From positions 1,779 through 65,778 of the forward strand of contig CANIBL010000008.1 in the NCBI GenBank assembly GCA_947466225.1: a stretch of 64,000 bases of DNA. The letters are read 5' to 3'. The DNA is from Deltaproteobacteria bacterium. Lineage in GTDB: Bacteria > Bdellovibrionota_B > Oligoflexia > Oligoflexales > Bog-1112. A program made the translations under genes and the position numbers. Shown here piece by piece: positions 10,013 to 19,895 of the stretch; position 1 is the first letter of the stretch, and every line of letters begins with the position of its first letter. The notes beneath the pieces are model-generated. The model was given only the letters and a program-made list of their open reading frames with translations. It ran no database searches and was not told the DNA's origin.

Positions 10013-10861
10013 ATGCGCATGAAAAGGGCCGTATACGCATTGGCTACGCTTCTGTTTCCTTGCTTTGTATACGCAAGTTATGAAACAAATTGCTATGATA
10101 GTGACGATTTTTCCCTCGATAACCAACGCATCTGCATCACACAAGATGCCGCAGATTTCCCTGAGTATGTGATCTACTATTTCCACGGACTCAACGGTTC
10201 TCCAGATGATATGGGAAAAGGCAAAATGCTTGCCTATCTGAACCAATACTGGGAAAAAGCCCTACCTGGGAAAAAACCTGTGGTCATCGGCTACAGTTTG
10301 GGTGATCGTACGAACCTCGCGCTACCCGGCCGTCTCAAAAAAGTCATGCGCGAGGTCTTTCCTCATATCGAAGCAGCCAATCTACGTGCGATACCAAAAT
10401 TTCGCACCGCACTTGGCGTCTCTATGGGGGGTTGGAATACATTCCAACTTCAAATGGAAGATGTGAACTACTTCCAAAAAACCGCTCTCCTTTGCCCCGC
10501 TCTTGCCAATATTACCCCTTGGTCCCCTAGCGATGAAGTTTCCGCATATCGCAAACGAACGGGTGCAAGTTGGTTCTATGTAAACTTGATGCTACAAGGC
10601 CTAAGTGAGTCCTATGATGGCGACGCAGAAGCATTTAAACCTTTTAATCCTTATACCCGCATGGCAGCACATAAAGGTTCTTTCGGTAATCTCTATATCG
10701 CAGCAGAAACGAAAGACGAGTTTGGGTTCCAAGAGGGGGCTGCCCATCTCATGGAAGCCGCCACTGCAGCCGGTTCCTCTGTCGAGTGGCATCTTCGTCC
10801 TGGTGGACATTGTAAGTCTCAAAAAATTGAAGAAGTCGCAGCATTTTTAACCTTGAAATAA
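10013..10861 (+). CDS. Secreted alpha/beta hydrolase (esterase family)
   Basis: Start chosen at the ATG at 10013, 7 nt after AGGAG. Signal peptide MRMKRAVYALATLLFPCFVYA. GVSMGG nucleophile elbow and a C-terminal GGH motif. Confidence 0.65.
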   Translation: MRMKRAVYALATLLFPCFVYASYETNCYDSDDFSLDNQRICITQDAADFPEYVIYYFHGLNGSPDDMGKGKMLAYLNQYWEKALPGKKPVVIGYSLGDRTNLALPGRLKKVMREVFPHIEAANLRAIPKFRTALGVSMGGWNTFQLQMEDVNYFQKTALLCPALANITPWSPSDEVSAYRKRTGASWFYVNLMLQGLSESYDGDAEAFKPFNPYTRMAAHKGSFGNLYIAAETKDEFGFQEGAAHLMEAATAAGSSVEWHLRPGGHCKSQKIEEVAAFLTLK

Positions 10862-10873
10862 TCGAGTTCCCCC

Positions 10874-12601
10874 TTGCACACTACCATTCGATCTCAATTG
10901 GGCCCCATGGTGGGGCGAAAATCTGCCACCTGGCTGCTCCTCAGCGCCCTTGCAGGTCTGGGTCTCGCAGTAGTGGAGGTTCAACTATCGGTATTCATCC
11001 AGTTGTTTCTTCACAGTATTGGTATCCCCATTCAGGTGGACCCTGGCGTGTTCTCCCTGCTGCCACGCTCAACCTCACTGAATGGCCTGCTGGGACTGCT
11101 CGTGGCAATCGGAGTGGGCCGTGCTACCTTTCAACTTTTGGTAAGCCAATCTGCCAGTATCGCCCAGGAATCTATCAGCGCCCGACTGAGATTGATCGCC
11201 CTACATGACCTCCTCTACAGTCCTCACAACCGGTACGTCTCTGCAGCAGCAACCCATACGCGCTTGGGGGAGATCTTCCCCCGCACATCCCAATTCTTCT
11301 ATCACTTGGCCCAAGGCATCCCTTTGCTCCTCGGAGCAGGGGTGATCACTCTTACGCTGTTTACGGTTTCCTTCTACTCTGCATGCTTGAGCGTCGCGGG
11401 GCTCTTTTTTCTGGCTGGCCTGCTTTGGATCCTTAACTCTCACATTCGCCCCTATGCCAATCGGGTCCCCCAAGAACAAGAAGGGCTGCTCACCGGCGTC
11501 GAACGAGTAGCACGCAACTGGCTGTTGGTGCGGATCTTGCGTACCCAAAATCGGGAGTTTGCCCAACTCTCGAACAACATCCTGAACTACGCCTCCCATG
11601 CTATCCGCGCACAGATTTTGGCTGCTTCCGGGGTTTTTATTCCCCAAATGTTGGGGGTCTGTTTGCTCGTCGGCATTTTACTCGTCAACCTCACGGTATT
11701 ACATACACCCGCTGCCCAATTGGTGGCGTTTCTCTATCTTTTCCTGCGCCTGGTGCAAACCCTGTCGCAATCTGCTGCTTTTTTGGGTGTGGCCGCTGTA
11801 CTCCGCCCCAATGCGCGGCTGACGGCCCAATATTTGGCCACATTTTCTGGGGAGACGATACAACGAGCCACGCGGCTCACAGGGGAAATTCGCGCTGTCG
11901 GGGGAAAACACATCCTCACATCTTCAGCTGATATGTGTACCCCACAAGCCCGCCCCCATACTCCGCCTGCCATTGACCTACACGATTTGACTTTCCGCTA
12001 TCAAGCCAATGGAAACCCCATATTTCAAGCATTTCAGTTGCATGTACCCGCTGGTCAACAATTGGGGATTGTCGGGGAAAGCGGCAAGGGAAAATCCACA
12101 TTACTTGCACTGATTTTGGGCATTCTCCCCCCGGAAACTGGATCGGTTACCATGGGAGGGGGTTCTGCAGAGACGTATCTTCATACCTATACAGATTTTG
12201 TGGGCTTTGTCGGCGCTGAGCCTTTCTTGATTGCAGGTACCATCGCAGACAACTTGAACTATGGTGCATCTCGTGCCTATACACCTGATGAGTATCGAGA
12301 TGCATTGCATCGAGCTAGCTTACTCTCACTGATTGAAAATTTACCCAAGGGGTTAGAGTACGTCATTCAAGAGAATGGAGAAGGGCTTTCGGCTGGTCAG
12401 AAGCAACGCCTCGCCCTTGCCCGCGCACTTTTGCGACAACCGCTTCTCTTAATCTTAGATGAATTCACAGCAAATTTAGATGCCACAACCGAACGCGAAA
12501 TTGTAACTTCTTTGGCCACACTCAAAGGGAGTTGTACCATGCTCCTGGTTTCTCACCGTCCCGAAGCACTCGCCTATACCGATGTGCGCATCGAGTTGTA
12601 A
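10874..12601 (+). CDS. ABC exporter, fused permease/ATPase (MsbA-like type)
   Basis: N-terminal 6-TM domain, Walker A GESGKGKST, LSAGQKQR signature, Walker B LLILDE. The start is uncertain (TTG at 10874 or ATG at 10907). Confidence 0.8.
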   Translation: MHTTIRSQLGPMVGRKSATWLLLSALAGLGLAVVEVQLSVFIQLFLHSIGIPIQVDPGVFSLLPRSTSLNGLLGLLVAIGVGRATFQLLVSQSASIAQESISARLRLIALHDLLYSPHNRYVSAAATHTRLGEIFPRTSQFFYHLAQGIPLLLGAGVITLTLFTVSFYSACLSVAGLFFLAGLLWILNSHIRPYANRVPQEQEGLLTGVERVARNWLLVRILRTQNREFAQLSNNILNYASHAIRAQILAASGVFIPQMLGVCLLVGILLVNLTVLHTPAAQLVAFLYLFLRLVQTLSQSAAFLGVAAVLRPNARLTAQYLATFSGETIQRATRLTGEIRAVGGKHILTSSADMCTPQARPHTPPAIDLHDLTFRYQANGNPIFQAFQLHVPAGQQLGIVGESGKGKSTLLALILGILPPETGSVTMGGGSAETYLHTYTDFVGFVGAEPFLIAGTIADNLNYGASRAYTPDEYRDALHRASLLSLIENLPKGLEYVIQENGEGLSAGQKQRLALARALLRQPLLLILDEFTANLDATTEREIVTSLATLKGSCTMLLVSHRPEALAYTDVRIEL

Positions 12602-12611
12602 TGTAATAGGC

Positions 12612-12660
12612 TTTTTTTTCTTTTTTTTCGAAACCAGCCGCGCAGTTTCGGAAAGAAAAA
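12612..12660. repeat. REP-like palindromic element (family 1) between convergent genes
   Basis: ttttttttcgaaaccagccgcgcagtttcggaaagaaaaa; core AACCAGCCGCGCAGTTTC. Confidence 0.65.
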
Positions 12661-12667
12661 GAAAGCA

Positions 12668-14455
12668 TCATCCATACAGCAATTGAATTTCTTTTTTATA
12701 GTGTTGTTCAATGATGGGGCGTTTAATTTTTTGTGTGGGAGTCAGCTCACCTTCGGCTTCGCAAAATCCTGCATCCAAAATACAAAATCGCTTCAACGTT
12801 TGTACACGGGCTAACCCAGCATTGATATGTTGAATCTCTGCCTCAAAGTAGGCATATAAAATCGGACAGTGCGCCAATTCTAACCGAGAGTTGGCTTTAC
12901 TACCTCGTTGCCCCGCTTGCACGCGCGCCATTTCCACATCGAGGGTAATCAACAAACTAAGATGCTTGCGTTGATCTCCAATTACCACTGCATGCTCGAT
13001 ACCAGGGATCTTGCTTACTTGGCTTTCGATCATCTCCGGAGAAATATTCTCTCCCCCTGCTGTAATGATCAAATTTTTCTTTCGACCCTCAATGCACAAA
13101 AATCCCTCTGCATCTAAACTACCCAAATCCCCTGAATGAAGCCATCCATCTTCATCAAGAGGAAATGAATCCGTATCATACAAATACCCCATACAAACAT
13201 GAGGGCCTCGCATGAGAACCTCTCCATCCGATGCAATTTGCACTTCTGTACCCGGAATTGGTTTACCTGCATATCCCGGTTTGTATATACCCGGAACAGA
13301 TACTGTGGTTGGACCCGTGCACTCACTCATGCCATATATTTCATACAACGGCAGATTGAGTCCAAGAAAAAACTGTAGGGTATCTTGTCGAATGGGCGCT
13401 GCCCCTGTTACCGGCAAACGGCATCGATCCAGCCCCAAACTGCGCTTGACTTTTCCATATACCAATCGTTCCATGAGGGAAAACAAAAGCGAAGTAGGTT
13501 GGCCTGCCTGATAAAGTACTGCCTCCTGTTGCCCAATTTTTTGTGCCAGTGCGAATAGTTTTCGTTTCCATATTGGAGCTTGTTGCACCTGAAACGTAAT
13601 TTTGTTTTGAATTTTTTCCCATACTCTTGGGACACCAATAAAAAAAGTGGGCCGTACCAAACCAAGGGCCTGTGGCAATTGGGATAAGCTTTCGGCAAAC
13701 ACCACTTGAGCCCCAGAAAGAATCGGGCCATATAACGAATTGATTTGTTCCGCAATGTGACTCAACGGTAAATACGAAAGCACCACATCTTGGGCCTCCA
13801 AGCGAAAGCTCATCTCCATAGCCGTATGCGTTGTCCACAACAAGTTATGGTGGGATAGCATCACAGCCTTGGGATTTGCGGTAGTTCCCGAGGTATACAC
13901 CAATGTAGCCAAATCTCCGGGTTTTTGTGCGTCCATAGCTGCTTGCAAGTGGGAGCCGGGAATCGAAGTGCCTGTTTGTAAAAATGTCGCCCATGATACA
14001 CAAGCAGGTCCTGCAGGTTCTTGCACGGGCTCTATTTGCACAACATGAAGTCCACTAGGTCGCCCACCAACTTGACTGCGAAAGGCATCCGATTCAACCA
14101 CCAAAACCTTTGCTTCACTATGTTGCAAAAGATAGGCAATCTGTTCGGCAGAAGAGGTTGGGTAAATGCCGAAAGGAACATGACCGGCCAAAATACTGCC
14201 CAAGTTTGCTACCAGCCATTCCGATCGATTGCTGCCCAAAATCCCGATTCGGGATCCATGCGGTAACGAATAGGCATGCAAGGCTTTGGCAAATGCACAA
14301 CATTGGTCCCAATATACGCGCCAGGATTGGGTATGTACGCTACCCAATCGAATTTGTCCCAAGGCTGGAGCTGAAGACATATGCAAGGCAATCTCACGAA
14401 AAGCGTGGGGGATCGTATACTGCATGGCTGGTCTCATTTTTGGAATTTTTTCCAC
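12668..14455 (-). CDS. AMP-dependent (long-chain) acyl-CoA synthetase
   Basis: AMP-binding signature LVYTSGTTANPKAVMLSH, plus TGD and GEL.PT.K.KR C-terminal motifs; 595 aa. Confidence 0.85.
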   Translation of the reverse strand: MEKIPKMRPAMQYTIPHAFREIALHMSSAPALGQIRLGSVHTQSWRVYWDQCCAFAKALHAYSLPHGSRIGILGSNRSEWLVANLGSILAGHVPFGIYPTSSAEQIAYLLQHSEAKVLVVESDAFRSQVGGRPSGLHVVQIEPVQEPAGPACVSWATFLQTGTSIPGSHLQAAMDAQKPGDLATLVYTSGTTANPKAVMLSHHNLLWTTHTAMEMSFRLEAQDVVLSYLPLSHIAEQINSLYGPILSGAQVVFAESLSQLPQALGLVRPTFFIGVPRVWEKIQNKITFQVQQAPIWKRKLFALAQKIGQQEAVLYQAGQPTSLLFSLMERLVYGKVKRSLGLDRCRLPVTGAAPIRQDTLQFFLGLNLPLYEIYGMSECTGPTTVSVPGIYKPGYAGKPIPGTEVQIASDGEVLMRGPHVCMGYLYDTDSFPLDEDGWLHSGDLGSLDAEGFLCIEGRKKNLIITAGGENISPEMIESQVSKIPGIEHAVVIGDQRKHLSLLITLDVEMARVQAGQRGSKANSRLELAHCPILYAYFEAEIQHINAGLARVQTLKRFCILDAGFCEAEGELTPTQKIKRPIIEQHYKKEIQLLYG

Positions 14456-14525
14456 TGTAGCAAATTTTGTACAGGTTTACATCTCTTTCAAAGGAGTGCC
14501 TTCCCCCCTCCTATGAAATAAAAAA

Positions 14526-15260
14526 TTACTCCACCACAACATCCACCACAGCCAAAGCAAACATCCCCGTCAATCTACCCCGCGCGGTCACGACAATCGT
14601 TTGAGGCCCTGATTTCATGTCGGTACTGGTAGTAGAGATATTGCGACGATTGGAAATACTACCACTCGAAGTAAACCATCCTATACGATAGTCTTCTGCA
14701 TTTCGGCCCGTAATCTTAGCCTGCAAATCCAGATTTTGCCCGGATACTGTTTGGCCATTTTTCAAATTGGTGATTACCACATTGTGAGTCTGCCACGAAT
14801 AGGCTGGATGCGTGGGATGAAATAATACCAAACTCCCCACAATGGATTCCCCTTTTCCATCAGAAGTGAGATATAACCCATAATCAAAGGTAGAAAAGCC
14901 AGGATCTATGGGTATGGTTGCGGCAGAAATCAATGGATCCAGAGCGTAAGATCCACTAATTTGGTGCAGATCCAATGCTCCATATGATGTCACAGTATCT
15001 ACAGTTGGTGTCACACCCGGTTGCAAAGGATTTCGCATTTTCGGATCTGTATATGGTGAAAACGTGAGGGTTTTTCCCTTTGGTGTCATGGCATAAAAGA
15101 CAAAATTCACACTCGGCGCCAATGAGGCGAGACTCGGTGTGGCTAAAACCCCAATCGCTCGCAGATTGACAATGTCTTCCTGTCGGTCCAGCTCTTCTCT
15201 GGAACACTGTAAGCAAAAAGCCAGGATGCCAAATAAAGAAAGGGCGCGTAGATTTTTCAT
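14526..15260 (-). CDS. Hypothetical secreted/lipoprotein, co-transcribed with the TonB-dependent receptor
   Basis: Signal peptide MKNLRALSLFGILAFCLQC (Cys-containing lipobox-like end). 4-nt overlap with the upstream receptor gene. No family recognised. Confidence 0.5.
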   Translation of the reverse strand: MKNLRALSLFGILAFCLQCSREELDRQEDIVNLRAIGVLATPSLASLAPSVNFVFYAMTPKGKTLTFSPYTDPKMRNPLQPGVTPTVDTVTSYGALDLHQISGSYALDPLISAATIPIDPGFSTFDYGLYLTSDGKGESIVGSLVLFHPTHPAYSWQTHNVVITNLKNGQTVSGQNLDLQAKITGRNAEDYRIGWFTSSGSISNRRNISTTSTDMKSGPQTIVVTARGRLTGMFALAVVDVVVE

Positions 15261-17464
15261 AATATCGCTCGCAGTTCAACATACGGAATAAAAGGAATGC
15301 TTTTCACTGGTTCAGTTTGACTGTAATCATAATTGTAGGAAATATTGGTCACATTCTTCCCTAAGGCAAAGTTCTCTACCCCAAGTCGCAGCTTAAATGT
15401 CCATCGGTCATACAAAATGTCTCGATTGGCAAATACCGACATATTGCGCGTCAATGGTAGCCGAGCCGAATTCTTATCTGTGCTAGCGTAGCGAGGCGTA
15501 TACTTGTCGAAATTGGTATTATATACGGAACTAGCTACGGGCGTGTAGGCATTGCCGGATTGAAAGAGATACCGTCCACCAAAGGACCAATTGGTGGAAA
15601 CTCGATAGTCACCTACTAAATGAAAGATATGATTTTGATCATACGGGCTTGGGTATAGATCTCCCGCTGCATTGTCTCGAACCCGATTGAGGGACCAGGT
15701 ATAGGCTATCCAGCCAAACAGCCGATTGGTGAGATTGCGACGCAGGAAGACCTCAAACCCTCGGGAAACCCCACTCCCATCGTTATTATAGCCCGTGATT
15801 GCATCTGCTTCCACCATACGCAAAAATCGCTTATAGAAAACTTGAATATCTGTTTCCCATTGCTCGTTCCATTTGGTCTCAACGCCTAGCACATAATGCA
15901 TACACTGCAGGTATCGTAACTGAGAGTTTCCGAATACCTCGTCGGTTTGATACGGTTGTGGGAGCTCTGAATATTGTCCGACTGCACCCTTCATTGCAAC
16001 TTTTGGCGAGATTTCCCAGCGCAGATTCAAACGAGGGTCTACCCCACTTCGACCATTGGCTTCTGCATGAAATCCTCGAGCTCCTGGGGCCAATACCCAG
16101 TCTCCCAATCTCCATTCCATGCCCACCCAGACCGCTTCTTTATGGGAGAATACCGTAGCGGCCCGATCTAATTTTGGGGCCGTCTCAATGTCATAGAAGG
16201 GATCTTTGTTTGCGGGAGGACGCGGCACCAACAGATTCAATACTGTTCGTGACCATGTTCCATCGATTCCGGTAAACAATTTAAAATTTCGATCTTTTCG
16301 ATATGTCAATTCAAGCGGAACATTGATATTGGCAGAATTGATGTCGATGTTGTTTCCGAGGAAATCCACGCTTTGTCGATATTGCAGCCAGTTAGGCGTG
16401 GTATTCATCGACCATTGGCCATTCAAGCTTTTTTTCCGGTTTACGGAAAGATCTGTTTCTACTGTCAGAAAATCTACATTTGACTTTCCGGTTTCATCCA
16501 AGGATTCTGCGCTCGGAAATGCGGCTTTGATCCCATCATAGGCATAGAGAAAGAATACCTTGTAATGCCCATCTTCGGTCTTTTTGACATACTCCAAATT
16601 TCCATCCCCAAAATAGGGTACCACTGTAAGGTCTTCTTTCCCTTTGTTGGCTTTCTTCAAAACAGGAGGAATGATGTATTCCAAAAAACTTTTTCGATAG
16701 GAAGCCGCAACAAATTGATCCTCTCCAATGGGCTGTGCATGATATAGAGACCCAAAAAACGGCACGTTTACGCGCACCTCTGATATAGAGCGATCGGGAA
16801 TTTCACTTTTGGTATTGATCGTCAGGACACCACCGGTGGCGTCGCCATATTGAGGGCCAAATCCCCCATTGGAAAATACAACATCTTCCACGGCATTATC
16901 CGGTAAAATAGACAATCCACCAGCAAATCCCCCAATAGGGTGAAAGATCAACGGCAAATAAACCTGATCCATATAATACAAAGAATCTGAGGGGCCGGAT
17001 CCTCGCACCACCCATCGACTGTCAAACCCAAACACTTGCACCCCCGGAAGATATTTGGGCACTTGCGCCGGGTCTGCATTGGGGACAATTTTTTGGATTT
17101 CTTTGATAGAAATGCGTTTTTGTGAGACCTCTACACGGGGGGCACCCTTTACCGTTACCGTCTCCTCTGAATCCAGGATGGGTGTCAAATATATCGCTTG
17201 AATCTCTTCTGAGGAAATCTTTATGGTTTCAGTGGCATATCCTGCATGCTGAACGGTACAAGTCCCAGCCTTCGAATCAGACAGAGCACAACTGCCTGTT
17301 TTATCTGTATAACAAGTGGTAGGTCCCACCTTCACTTCTGCACGAACAAGAGGTTTTCCCGAACCCTTTTCTAAAATGGTGATGGATTTTGCCGACATAT
17401 GGCTTGTCAGGAAAAGAGTACTACCGAGTAAAAAAAAGGCTCGCATCATGGGAAAATCCTGCAA
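15257..17464 (-). CDS. TonB-dependent receptor-like outer membrane protein with N-terminal carboxypeptidase-regulatory-like domain
   Basis: Signal peptide, an N-terminal small beta-sandwich pattern (ILEKGSGKPLVRAEVKV...TDKTGSC), a plug-like segment, then about 550 aa of alternating beta-strand sequence. Divergently paired with tonB. Confidence 0.7.
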   Translation of the reverse strand: MQDFPMMRAFFLLGSTLFLTSHMSAKSITILEKGSGKPLVRAEVKVGPTTCYTDKTGSCALSDSKAGTCTVQHAGYATETIKISSEEIQAIYLTPILDSEETVTVKGAPRVEVSQKRISIKEIQKIVPNADPAQVPKYLPGVQVFGFDSRWVVRGSGPSDSLYYMDQVYLPLIFHPIGGFAGGLSILPDNAVEDVVFSNGGFGPQYGDATGGVLTINTKSEIPDRSISEVRVNVPFFGSLYHAQPIGEDQFVAASYRKSFLEYIIPPVLKKANKGKEDLTVVPYFGDGNLEYVKKTEDGHYKVFFLYAYDGIKAAFPSAESLDETGKSNVDFLTVETDLSVNRKKSLNGQWSMNTTPNWLQYRQSVDFLGNNIDINSANINVPLELTYRKDRNFKLFTGIDGTWSRTVLNLLVPRPPANKDPFYDIETAPKLDRAATVFSHKEAVWVGMEWRLGDWVLAPGARGFHAEANGRSGVDPRLNLRWEISPKVAMKGAVGQYSELPQPYQTDEVFGNSQLRYLQCMHYVLGVETKWNEQWETDIQVFYKRFLRMVEADAITGYNNDGSGVSRGFEVFLRRNLTNRLFGWIAYTWSLNRVRDNAAGDLYPSPYDQNHIFHLVGDYRVSTNWSFGGRYLFQSGNAYTPVASSVYNTNFDKYTPRYASTDKNSARLPLTRNMSVFANRDILYDRWTFKLRLGVENFALGKNVTNISYNYDYSQTEPVKSIPFIPYVELRAIL

Positions 17465-17536
17465 TACTTTTCACGAGGAAACTCCGATAGAATATACAAT
17501 GAGGGTCTACATGAAAATAGGAAATCATCTAGAATT

Positions 17537-18229
17537 ATGATAAAAAATAGTGGTTATGTGTTAGTTTCTCTTGGGTTCCATCTTTTTGTGCTATGGAATA
17601 TTGCCTCATTTTCTCACAGTTCTGTGGTGCCGCCAGAAAAGTTGAGCATCAAGATTACCCCGGTAGAGGTTCCTCCTACACCGGTAGTGTCCCCCCTGCC
17701 ACCACCACCACCACCACCACCACCACCACCACCAAGAAAAACAGTTTCGAAGAAGTTACCGAAAAAACCAAAGCATCGGGTTGCTACAGAGCGACGAGTG
17801 CCCCATGCAAATCCGCAGGCAAAACCTGTGCAAGGCCTCAGCAAAGATAGCTTTGTGAAAGACGGGAAGAGCACCTTTCAAGCCCCAGTTGGCAACACCC
17901 TGCTCACATCTGATGCAGGTATTCGCAAGTCAGAGGTAGGGGCCTTACAAGCGGATCTCTCCCAACGTGCACACCGAGTGTCCTTGGTAAAGCCAGAGTA
18001 TACAGAACAAGCGCTGCAAGCCGGGCTCGAAGGACAATTTGTCGCAGATGTATACGTGGATGAGACCGGACATGTGGGAGAGGTCGCGCTACAAAAAAAA
18101 GTGGGCTATGGCATGGATGCAAAGCTAGAAGCTGCAGCTAAAAGCGCTCGCTACGAACCTCGAAAAGATTCCCTGGGACGAGCCATCGGTGGATGGGATC
18201 GAATTGTCTTTCAGTTGGTATTGCCTTGA
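17537..18229 (+). CDS. tonB: Energy transducer TonB
   Basis: N-terminal TM anchor, Pro-rich spacer including P12, K/P-rich segment, and a C-terminal TonB domain (PEYTEQALQAGLEGQFVADVYVDETGHV...). Confidence 0.85.
   Translation: MIKNSGYVLVSLGFHLFVLWNIASFSHSSVVPPEKLSIKITPVEVPPTPVVSPLPPPPPPPPPPPPRKTVSKKLPKKPKHRVATERRVPHANPQAKPVQGLSKDSFVKDGKSTFQAPVGNTLLTSDAGIRKSEVGALQADLSQRAHRVSLVKPEYTEQALQAGLEGQFVADVYVDETGHVGEVALQKKVGYGMDAKLEAAAKSARYEPRKDSLGRAIGGWDRIVFQLVLP
17699..17734 (+). repeat. (CCA)12 trinucleotide tract encoding Pro12 in tonB
   Basis: Twelve uninterrupted in-frame CCA codons, counted directly. Confidence 0.95.
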
Positions 18230-18295
18230 TTTTCTCCATCCTGTCGTTACGCGGTAAAGTTATCTATACCCGTCATCTCCACGACCTTTGGTCGC

Positions 18296-18362
18296 GTCGG
18301 GGATCCCCCTCGATCGTAGGAGATGCCCATACGGCCGAGGCGGCTTGGGCATGACGAAGGAG
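18296..18362. repeat. Family-2 intergenic repeat (GGGGATCCCC...GATCGT...TGGGCATGACG)
   Basis: tcggggatccccctcgatcgtaggagatgcccatacggccgaggcggcttgggcatgacgaa. Related copies at 46476-46520, 54281-54320 and 62371-62412. Confidence 0.5.
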
Positions 18363-18377
18363 AACAGTTGAAACAGG

Positions 18378-18776
18378 CTACAGCGGCATTACCCCCTCTA
18401 TCCTCCCAATCACTTCCTGCAAGGCATCTTCCATAATTGAAACTTCCCACACATCTCCCTTTAGATGGAGTTGGAGTTTCTTAATCCAATTCACCGTATT
18501 TGATACAAATTGGGTCCAATTCTCATACTCTGTATCATGAAATAGATGGGTGAGGTGTTCTTTCCATGCTGTTTCTGGCTGGGCCAACAGATTTACCAAT
18601 CGGTTGAGCTTGCGTGTATCTGCTTCGTCCTCCCAATCTCCCGATACACGGAACGGAAAATTTTCTACGTCTTCTTTGTGCAACCACAGCTTAGCATCCT
18701 TCTTCAACTCCAATACGATGTAGTCAGAAGGGGAGGCTCCATGAAACCCATCCGGTCGTTTCCAAATTACGTTCAT
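18378..18776 (-). CDS. Hypothetical protein (132 aa), coupled to mltG
   Basis: 4-nt overlap with the mltG stop; acidic, Trp-rich; no family recognised. Confidence 0.45.
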   Translation of the reverse strand: MNVIWKRPDGFHGASPSDYIVLELKKDAKLWLHKEDVENFPFRVSGDWEDEADTRKLNRLVNLLAQPETAWKEHLTHLFHDTEYENWTQFVSNTVNWIKKLQLHLKGDVWEVSIMEDALQEVIGRIEGVMPL

Positions 18777-19858
18777 TTTATATCCTTTTTCTTGCCGGTG
18801 GAGATGCCCGTCTCTCCATTCCGTAGTCTTTGTCTTTGGCGTTTTTGTTCTTGTACCAAGGTTTTCACATGTTGATTGTGTTCATGCAACGTTCGACTAA
18901 ATACATGCCGCTTTGAACCATCTGGAATCAACACATAGTACAACCATCCCTCTTTTGTTGGATGTAACACTGCAGCGAGAGAACTGGTACTGGGGGAGCA
19001 AATCGGGGTAGGGGGTAAACCGATATGAACTCGCGTATTGTAGAGATTTTCTCGATTATGCAAGGCAGCTGTAGTAATAGTTGTCCCTTCCGGCATACCA
19101 TATAATAACGTCGCATCGATACCGAGAGAGATTTTTCGTTGATACCGAGTCCAAATGACTTCGGAAATTTGGGGTTTTTCTGCTTCAACAAAAGCCTCGT
19201 GCTCAATAAGAGAGGCCATATTCACCGCTTGCACCAAGGTAAGACCCAAAGCTTCTATCTGTGCGCCATAGTCTTCTGGTAATCGCGAAAAAAATTCCCC
19301 CACCATGCGAGATAACGCCTGTGTTTCTGTTGGGAGTTGATCATAAAATCGATAGGTAGCAGGATACAAAAATCCTTCAAGGGAAGTAGCCTCAATGCCA
19401 AGGCTTCGAATAAAAGTCGGATCAGAGGCGATGCCTGTTTGTACAATTCCCAGTCCTTCCATGCGCGCCAAAATCTGGGCTGCAGCATATCCCTCCGGAA
19501 TGGAAAACTCCAACACAAGCGGATGATAGGTACGTCCCTGTTGCATATCTTCCAACAAAGCATCGAGACTCATCCCAGGGAGTACACGATAAGGTCCGGC
19601 TTGAAATTTGCGAAAATTCTTATAGATCCTTACATAGAGCGTGATCCAAAACCCACGGGACACCAATCCCTGAATTTCTGCTTCTATCGCAAGCGCAGAT
19701 AACCCCATTCCCGGCCTCAAGGTAACCAGCGTTTCCTTCTCCTGCAGCATTGGGGCATGGGCCCAACGTTGCAGTACTTGCTGGGCATAAAAAATTCCCC
19801 CCAATCCTGCCAAGGCAAGACAGAGGATCAGCCATCGAATGAATCGCGCTCGTTGCAT
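18773..19858 (-). CDS. mltG: Endolytic murein transglycosylase MltG (YceG-like)
   Basis: N-terminal TM anchor. YceG pattern (FLYPATYRF, ASLIEHEA, LYNTRVHIGLPPTPICSPS). Unusual basic C-terminal tail (QKRQRQRLRNG...KKKDIK). Confidence 0.85.
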   Translation of the reverse strand: MQRARFIRWLILCLALAGLGGIFYAQQVLQRWAHAPMLQEKETLVTLRPGMGLSALAIEAEIQGLVSRGFWITLYVRIYKNFRKFQAGPYRVLPGMSLDALLEDMQQGRTYHPLVLEFSIPEGYAAAQILARMEGLGIVQTGIASDPTFIRSLGIEATSLEGFLYPATYRFYDQLPTETQALSRMVGEFFSRLPEDYGAQIEALGLTLVQAVNMASLIEHEAFVEAEKPQISEVIWTRYQRKISLGIDATLLYGMPEGTTITTAALHNRENLYNTRVHIGLPPTPICSPSTSSLAAVLHPTKEGWLYYVLIPDGSKRHVFSRTLHEHNQHVKTLVQEQKRQRQRLRNGETGISTGKKKDIK

Positions 19859-19895
19859 ATACTACCTTCGTTGGGTCGTATGTAGATGTGACCTT

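Noticed and set aside
17614-17874. ORF with a poly-Gly run antisense to tonB.
   Set aside because: It is the reverse complement of the (CCA)12 tract. The tonB frame has the complete domain architecture.
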